64,000 nucleotides of DNA from Rubrivivax sp. (GTDB taxonomy: Bacteria > Pseudomonadota > Gammaproteobacteria > Burkholderiales > Burkholderiaceae_C), in NCBI GenBank assembly GCA_016789865.1, contig JAEUPC010000061.1, forward strand, positions 6,604-70,603, in the 5' to 3' direction. The notes beneath the pieces are model-generated. The model saw nothing but the letters and a program-made list of their open reading frames with translations. It made no database searches and was not told the DNA's origin. Within the stretch, counting starts at the first letter, position 1; each line of letters opens with the position of its first letter. Below, one piece after another: positions 58,514 through 64,000 of this stretch. Made by a program: the position numbers and the translations under genes.

Positions 58514-60124
58514 TCAGAGCCGCGCGATGCCGAAAGTGTTGGGTCGCAGCGTGCGCGCGGCGGCCTCGGCGGCGATGGTGAGGCACAGGCCGAGGATGCG
58601 CCGCGTGTCGCGCGGGTCGATGATGCCGTCGTCCCACAGGCGCGCGGTGCCGAACAGCGCCGCGCTCTCGGCGTCGAGCCGACGGCGCAGCGCGTCGCTC
58701 ATCGCGGCCAGCGCTTCGTCGTTGGGCTGCTGGCCCATCTTGGCCAGCTTGTTGCGGTTGACGATGTCCATCACCTTGGCGGCCTGCGCGCCGCCCATCA
58801 CGGCCGTACGCGCCGAAGGCCACGCAAAGATGAAGCGCGGGTCGAAGCCGCGGCCGCACATGCCGTAGTTGCCGGCGCCGAAGCTGCCGCCGAGCACGAT
58901 GGTGAACTTCGGTACGCGCGCGTTGGCCACCGCCTGGATCATCTTGCTGCCGTGCTTGATGGCGCCGGCGTGTTCGGCGGCGCGGCCCACCATGTAGCCG
59001 GTGGTGTTCTGCAGGAAGACGAGCGGCGTGCCGCTTTGATCGCAGAGTTGAATGAACTGACCGGCCTTGGTGCTGCCGCTGGGCTGGATGGGCCCGTTGT
59101 TGCCGATGAGGCCGACCGCGTGGCCGTGGATGCGCGCGTGGCCACAGATGGTGTCGGTGGCGTAGGCGGCCTTGAATTCGAGGAAGTCGCTGGCGTCGGA
59201 GAGGCGCGCGATGACCTCGCGCACGTCGTAGGGTTCGCGGTCGTCGGCGGGCACGATGCCCATCAGCTCTTCGGCGGCGTACAGCGGCTCGGGCGCCGCG
59301 GGCCGCGCCGCCACGGTGTCCCACGGCAGCTTGTCGATCAGTTCGCGCGCGACGGCAATCGCATGCGCGTCGTTTTCGGTGAGGTACTCGCCCAGGCCCG
59401 TGATCGACGCGTGGGTTTCGGCGCCGCCGAGTTCCTCTTCGCTGGCGTCTTCGCCGATCGCGGCTTTCACCAGCGGCGGGCCGGCCAGGTAGATGCTGCT
59501 GCGGTTCTTCACCAGCACCACGTAGTCGGAGAGGCCCGGCAGGTAGGCGCCACCCGCAGTGGAGGCGCCGTGCACCACGGCGACTTGCGGAATGCCCGCG
59601 GCCGACAGGCGCGCCTGGTTGGCGAAGGTGCGCCCGCCGTCGACGAAGATCTCGGCCTGGTACATCAGGTTGGCGCCGCCGGACTCGACGAGCGCCACCA
59701 GCGGCAGCTTGTTCTCGCGCGCCAGTTCCTGCGCACGCAGCGCCTTTCTCAAGCCCATCGGCGCCACGGTGCCGCCCTTGATGCCGCTGTCGCTGGCCGA
59801 GACGAGCACGCGTTTGCCCGCCACCACGCCGATGCCGACGATGCTGCCGCCGCCCATCACGCTCTTCTTGCCGTCGTCGTCGTGCATGTTGAGGCCGGCG
59901 AGCGTGCTCAGTTCGAGGAACTCGCTGCCGCGGTCGACGAGGCGTGCCACCCGTTCGCGCGGCAGCAACTGGCCGCGCTCCTCGAACCGCTTGCGCTTGC
60001 TGTCGCTTTCGGCCACCACCAGAGCTTCGAGCCGGCGCACCTCGGCCAGCCGCTCGTGCATGCGCGCGGCGTTGGCCTGGAAGGCTGCCGAGGCCGGGTT
60101 CAGCGAAGAAGCGATCCGGGGCAT
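58514..60124 (-). CDS. atuC: Geranyl-CoA carboxylase-like carboxyltransferase subunit
   Basis: VESGGANL, TAGGAYLPGLSD, SFGAGNYGMCGR. Confidence 0.82.
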   Translation of the reverse strand: MPRIASSLNPASAAFQANAARMHERLAEVRRLEALVVAESDSKRKRFEERGQLLPRERVARLVDRGSEFLELSTLAGLNMHDDDGKKSVMGGGSIVGIGVVAGKRVLVSASDSGIKGGTVAPMGLRKALRAQELARENKLPLVALVESGGANLMYQAEIFVDGGRTFANQARLSAAGIPQVAVVHGASTAGGAYLPGLSDYVVLVKNRSSIYLAGPPLVKAAIGEDASEEELGGAETHASITGLGEYLTENDAHAIAVARELIDKLPWDTVAARPAAPEPLYAAEELMGIVPADDREPYDVREVIARLSDASDFLEFKAAYATDTICGHARIHGHAVGLIGNNGPIQPSGSTKAGQFIQLCDQSGTPLVFLQNTTGYMVGRAAEHAGAIKHGSKMIQAVANARVPKFTIVLGGSFGAGNYGMCGRGFDPRFIFAWPSARTAVMGGAQAAKVMDIVNRNKLAKMGQQPNDEALAAMSDALRRRLDAESAALFGTARLWDDGIIDPRDTRRILGLCLTIAAEAAARTLRPNTFGIARL

Positions 60125-60149
60125 GCGCAAGCAGGCGATGGTAGGCGGG

Positions 60150-61052
60150 TCACTTGAACGCCTCGGGCGTGACGGCGCGGTGGAAGCCTTCGTAGGGCCG
60201 CTGGTTCCTGGCCTCCTGCAGCGGGAACACCGCGTGGCCGAGCGAGGCGCCGCCGTCGATCTGCACGGTGACGCCGGTGACGAACGAAGCGGCCGGCGAC
60301 AGCAGGAAGACGATGACGGCGCTGATCTCGGCTTCCAGCGCCACGCGCTTCATCGGTACCGCGTTCTTCAGCTTCTTGATCATCGGCTGCATCGCCGGGC
60401 CGTAGGTGTCCATGCCGCTGCTGGCCACCCAGCCCGGCGCCACGGCGTTCACACGGACGCCGGCATGTGCCCACTCGAAGGCCGCGGTCATGGTCAGGTT
60501 GCTCATGCCCGCGCGCGCCGCGCCGCTGTGCGCCATGCCCGGCATGCCGTTGCGGAAGTCGGCCGTCATGTTGACGATGGCACCGCCGTGCTGCTCCATG
60601 CACTGGTTGTAGAGCTCGCGCATCATGAGGAAGCCGCCGGTGAGGTTGTTGGCCACCACCGCGTCGAACCCCTTCTTGCCGATGGCCATCAGTGGCGAAG
60701 GGAACTGGCCACCGGCGTTGTTCACCAGGCCGGCGACCGGGCCATACTGCGCGACCACCTGCTTGACTGCGCCCTGGACCATGGCTTCGTCACGGATGTC
60801 GAAGGCGATGACGTGGCAGCGGCCGCCGTCTTCGACGATCTCGGCACGCACGCGCTCGAGCTTGTCGAGCTTGCGGCCGCTGATGATGACCGTGGCGCCG
60901 AGCGAGGCCAGTTCGTGCGCCACGCAGCGGCCGATGCCGCTGCCACCACCGGTGACCCAGACGCGCTGGCCGGCGAACAGCCCGGGGTGGAATGCGCTGC
61001 GGTAGCCGGCGGCGGGGGTGCCCGGGTCGGGCGTGGGCGTGGGAGCGTCCAT
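60150..61052 (-). CDS. atuB: SDR oxidoreductase, AtuB-like
   Basis: TGGGSGIGRC, NNAGGQF, HSGAARAGM. Confidence 0.8.
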   Translation of the reverse strand: MDAPTPTPDPGTPAAGYRSAFHPGLFAGQRVWVTGGGSGIGRCVAHELASLGATVIISGRKLDKLERVRAEIVEDGGRCHVIAFDIRDEAMVQGAVKQVVAQYGPVAGLVNNAGGQFPSPLMAIGKKGFDAVVANNLTGGFLMMRELYNQCMEQHGGAIVNMTADFRNGMPGMAHSGAARAGMSNLTMTAAFEWAHAGVRVNAVAPGWVASSGMDTYGPAMQPMIKKLKNAVPMKRVALEAEISAVIVFLLSPAASFVTGVTVQIDGGASLGHAVFPLQEARNQRPYEGFHRAVTPEAFK

Positions 61053-61074
61053 CGAATCCGATTGGACCCGCAGG

Positions 61075-61088
61075 TGACGTTAACGTCA
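61075..61088. promoter_or_regulatory. LiuR-type MerR operator
   Basis: Perfect palindrome TGACGTTAACGTCA between the divergent operons. Confidence 0.8.
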
Positions 61089-61193
61089 ACTGCGTGACAT
61101 CTAGGGGATTGCGATGAGCGCCGCGGCATGGGCTGGCGCTACGATGGCTGCCAGCCAAGAGGCGGCCTGGGCCGCGACGGAGTTCCTCATTCC

Positions 61194-61490
61194 ATGGACA
61201 TGCAAGCCATCACCGAGCAGCTGCGCGCCAAGGTCGGCGCAGGCAGCGGCCTGAACGCCACGCTGAAGTTCGACTGCGGCGCCGACGGCGTCGTCGTCAT
61301 CGACGGCAAGAGCGTGCCGAACACGGTGGACAACACCGACCGCGAGACCGACTGCACCGTGAGCATCACCCACGAGAACCTGGTGGCGCTGATGACCGGA
61401 GAGCTGGAGCCGGCCACCGGCTTCATGATGGGCAAGTTCAAGGTCACAGGCGACATGAGCGTGGCGCTGAAGCTGCAGCGCGTGGTCTGA
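61194..61490 (+). CDS. SCP2 sterol/lipid carrier domain protein
   Basis: DCTVSI..GELEPATGFMMGKFKVTGDMSVALKL. Confidence 0.9.
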   Translation: MDMQAITEQLRAKVGAGSGLNATLKFDCGADGVVVIDGKSVPNTVDNTDRETDCTVSITHENLVALMTGELEPATGFMMGKFKVTGDMSVALKLQRVV

Positions 61491-61505
61491 GCGCTGCGCA
61501 CGGCG

Positions 61506-62012
61506 ATGCTGCAACGGGCCGCCAGGCGGGCAGAACGCACCGGCCGTTCCGCGCGAGTGGCGGCCCTCACCGCCGCCGGCGCGGCGCCGCCGGTGTCGGC
61601 GCGTGACGTGGTGGCCTCGCACCGCGATGACGGCACCGGCGAACTGTTCGGCATCACCGAACTGTGCCGCGACTTCGGCATCACGCTGCGCACCATCCGC
61701 TTCTATGAAGACAAGGGGCTTCTCGCGCCGCGCCGCGTGAACGGCACCCGCGTCTACACGCGGCGCGACCGCGCTCGGCTGGCGCTCATCCTGCGCAGCA
61801 AGGCCATCGGCGCGAGCCTGGCCGACATCAAGCAGTACCTCGACCTGTACGGCGCGCACGGCGAAGGCCGCGTGCAGCAGCTGAAGTGGGTGCTGGGCAA
61901 GACCGATGCCGCGATCGACGAGCTGGAACAGCGCCGCGCCCACATCGACGCGACGCTGGCCGAGCTGCGCGTGATCAACAGCGAGGTGCGCAAGCATCTG
62001 GAGGGTCGATGA
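61506..62012 (+). CDS. MerR-family regulator (LiuR-like)
   Basis: ITELCRDFGITLRTIRFYEDKGLLAPRR..RDRARL. Confidence 0.9.
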   Translation: MLQRAARRAERTGRSARVAALTAAGAAPPVSARDVVASHRDDGTGELFGITELCRDFGITLRTIRFYEDKGLLAPRRVNGTRVYTRRDRARLALILRSKAIGASLADIKQYLDLYGAHGEGRVQQLKWVLGKTDAAIDELEQRRAHIDATLAELRVINSEVRKHLEGR

Positions 62013-63166
62013 GCCTGCCCCTGTTCCCCTCGGCGTGGATGACCGAGGAGCACCGCATGCTCCAGGATGCGGCCGCCCGCTACATCGCCGAGAAGTGGGT
62101 GCCGCGTGCCGCGGAGTTCCGCCAGCTCGGCCTGATGCCGCCGACCGTGTGGCGCGAAGCGGCAGCCAACGGGCTGCTCTGCGCCTCGACGCCGGAGGAG
62201 TACGGCGGCGCCGGCGGCGACTTCGGCCACGAAGCGGTCATCCTGCTGGAGCAGGCCCGGGCCAACATGAGCGGCTGGGGCGGCGGGCTGCACTCGGCGA
62301 TCGTCGCGCCCTACATCCTGCACCACGGCACCGAGGAGCAGAAGCGCCGCTGGCTGCCGAAGATGTGCACGGCCGAATTCATCACCGCCATCGCGATGAC
62401 CGAGCCGGGCACCGGCAGCGACCTGCAAGGCGTGCGCACCACGGCGCGCCGCGACGGTGACCACTACGTCATCAACGGCGCCAAGACCTTCATCACCAAC
62501 GGACAGAACGCCAACCTGGTGGCAGTGGTGTGCCGCACAGGCGACGTGGGCGCCGGCGCCAAGGGCATGTCGCTGCTGTTCGTCGAGACCGGGCACGCGC
62601 CGGGCTTTCGCCGTGGCCGCCATCTCGACAAGGTCGGCATGAAGGCGCAGGACACGAGCGAACTCTTCTTCGACGACGTGCGCGTGCCGGCCGAGAACCT
62701 GCTGGGCATGAAGGAAGGCCAAGGCTTCTTCCAGCTGATGCAGGAACTGCCGCAAGAGCGCCTCATCATCGCGGTGAGCGGCGTGGGCGCGATGGAGCGG
62801 GCACTGGAGGAAACGCTGGCCTACGCCAAGGAACGAAAGGCCTTCGGCAAGACGGTGTGGGACTTCCAGAACACCCGCTTCAAGCTCGCCGAGGTGCAGG
62901 CCACGGTGCTGGCCACGCGCGCCTATGTCGACGCGTGCATGGTGGCGCACCTGAAGGGTGAGCTGGACGCCGCACGCGCCGCGCTGGCCAAGGCCTGGGT
63001 GAGCGAGCAGCAGTGCAAGGTCATGGATGAGTGCCTGCAGCTCTTCGGCGGCTACGGCTACATGATGGAGTACCCCATCGCCGAGCTGTATGTGGACGCG
63101 CGCGTGCAGCGCATCTACGGCGGCACGAACGAGATCATGAAGGAGCTGGCGTCGCGCTTCATGTGA
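62009..63166 (+). CDS. Acyl-CoA dehydrogenase (LCAD-like)
   Basis: AMTEPGTGSDLQ, QDTSELFF, RIYGGTNEIMKE. Confidence 0.93.
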   Translation: MSLPLFPSAWMTEEHRMLQDAAARYIAEKWVPRAAEFRQLGLMPPTVWREAAANGLLCASTPEEYGGAGGDFGHEAVILLEQARANMSGWGGGLHSAIVAPYILHHGTEEQKRRWLPKMCTAEFITAIAMTEPGTGSDLQGVRTTARRDGDHYVINGAKTFITNGQNANLVAVVCRTGDVGAGAKGMSLLFVETGHAPGFRRGRHLDKVGMKAQDTSELFFDDVRVPAENLLGMKEGQGFFQLMQELPQERLIIAVSGVGAMERALEETLAYAKERKAFGKTVWDFQNTRFKLAEVQATVLATRAYVDACMVAHLKGELDAARAALAKAWVSEQQCKVMDECLQLFGGYGYMMEYPIAELYVDARVQRIYGGTNEIMKELASRFM

Positions 63167-63328
63167 GGCGCGGGCGCGGGGCAGCGACCGGGCGGGTGTC
63201 GAATGGCGGGTGCGCCGCCGCCCGCGGGCCGTGGCGTTTAGGTGGTGTTCCCGGCGGCGTTGCGGCACGATCGGCGCCCTGGTCACACCGACATGGCGGC
63301 GCGCCCGGCGCGCCAAGGAGACAAGGCG

Positions 63329-64000
63329 ATGAACGTCAACGACCTGCCGCTGGCCCAGCGGCTGCAATCGGCCCTCGCGCTGCAGCGCGCGGCTTATCAC
63401 GGCAACCCGGTGCCCACGCTCGCCGAGCGACGTGACGACTTGAAGCGCCTGCGCGCCTTCCTGCGCGAGCATGCCGACGAGATCACTGGCGCCATCGGCG
63501 CCGACTACGGCCACCGCTCGGTGCACGAAACGCGGCTGGCCGAACTGGTGCCGGCCATCGACGGCATCGGCCACGTGCTGGGCCACCTGCGCGGCTGGAT
63601 GAGGCCGCAGCGCCGCGGTGTGGACTGGATGACCTTTCCGCTGGCGCGCAACCGCGTCATCCCCCAGCCGCTGGGCGTGGTGGGCGCCATCGTGCCGTGG
63701 AACTTTCCGGTCAACCTGAGCTTCGTGCCGCTGACCTACATCTTCGCCGCCGGCAACCGCGCGATGGTGAAGATGAGCGAAAACTCGCGCCGGCTGGCCG
63801 CGCTGCTCATCGACAAGGCGCCCAAGTACTTCCCGCCCGAGAAGCTGCAGTTCTTCGACGAGACGGGCGGCGTGGGCATCGAGTTCTCCAAGCTGCCGTT
63901 CGACCACCTGCTGTTCACCGGCTCGGGCACCACCGGCCGTGCGGTGATGGCCGCCGCGGCCGCCAACCTGTGCCCGGTGACGCTGGAACTCGGCGGCAAG
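63329..64000 (+). CDS. calB: Aldehyde dehydrogenase, coniferyl-aldehyde DH-like (runs off the window end)
   Basis: Hand translation MNVNDLPLAQRL..PQPLGVVGAIVPWNFP..FTGSG..TLELGGK; AAGGAG RBS. Confidence 0.8.
   Translation, partial: MNVNDLPLAQRLQSALALQRAAYHGNPVPTLAERRDDLKRLRAFLREHADEITGAIGADYGHRSVHETRLAELVPAIDGIGHVLGHLRGWMRPQRRGVDWMTFPLARNRVIPQPLGVVGAIVPWNFPVNLSFVPLTYIFAAGNRAMVKMSENSRRLAALLIDKAPKYFPPEKLQFFDETGGVGIEFSKLPFDHLLFTGSGTTGRAVMAAAAANLCPVTLELGGK

Noticed and set aside
54411-60124. Leucine-pathway liuBD (methylcrotonyl-CoA carboxylase) call
   Set aside because: The neighbouring AtuB-like SDR and AtuD-like dehydrogenase and the gene order fit atu better; not excluded without a phylogeny

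Overview
Very GC-rich betaproteobacterial chromosomal segment; gene content and protein style resemble Rubrivivax/Methylibium-type Burkholderiales (my inference). 1-17.7 kb is a flagellar cluster: fliI-H-G-F, fliE, fliD-fliS-fliT-ycgR followed directly by two type IV prepilin genes, two short tandem flagellins with sigma-28 promoters, and a divergent methyltransferase plus GT41 O-GlcNAc-transferase-like pair. An orphan PT-tethered lipoprotein is inserted after fliE. 17.9-30.8 kb holds mixed metabolic genes (argE, thrH, cupin dioxygenase, HtrA, MacAB-like ABC exporter) and a small U32/RlhA gene remnant. 30.9-45 kb is a TetR-led operon for a B12-dependent acyl-CoA mutase with the Leu/Asn pivalyl-CoA-mutase-type active-site signature, a MeaB-hotdog thioesterase fusion, a LIV-type ABC importer, a long-chain acyl-CoA ligase, an acyl-CoA dehydrogenase and a divergent thiolase. 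47-52.8 kb is a BTAD/SARP-STAND-TPR regulator with 11-bp-phased repeats upstream of a secreted Cys-rich protein, an RCC1 lipoprotein and a microprotein. 52.9-64 kb is an atu-like (3-methyl-branched acyl-CoA) operon carrying a BKACE gene with an in-frame REP-like insert, plus a LiuR-type operator and regulator. I found no rRNA, tRNA, CRISPR array or transposase. The best candidate new systems are (i) a mutase plus Atu route for quaternary-carbon (2,2-dimethyl) acids and (ii) the SARP-STAND/secreted-protein/microprotein module. All calls come from motif recognition by eye; no searches were run.
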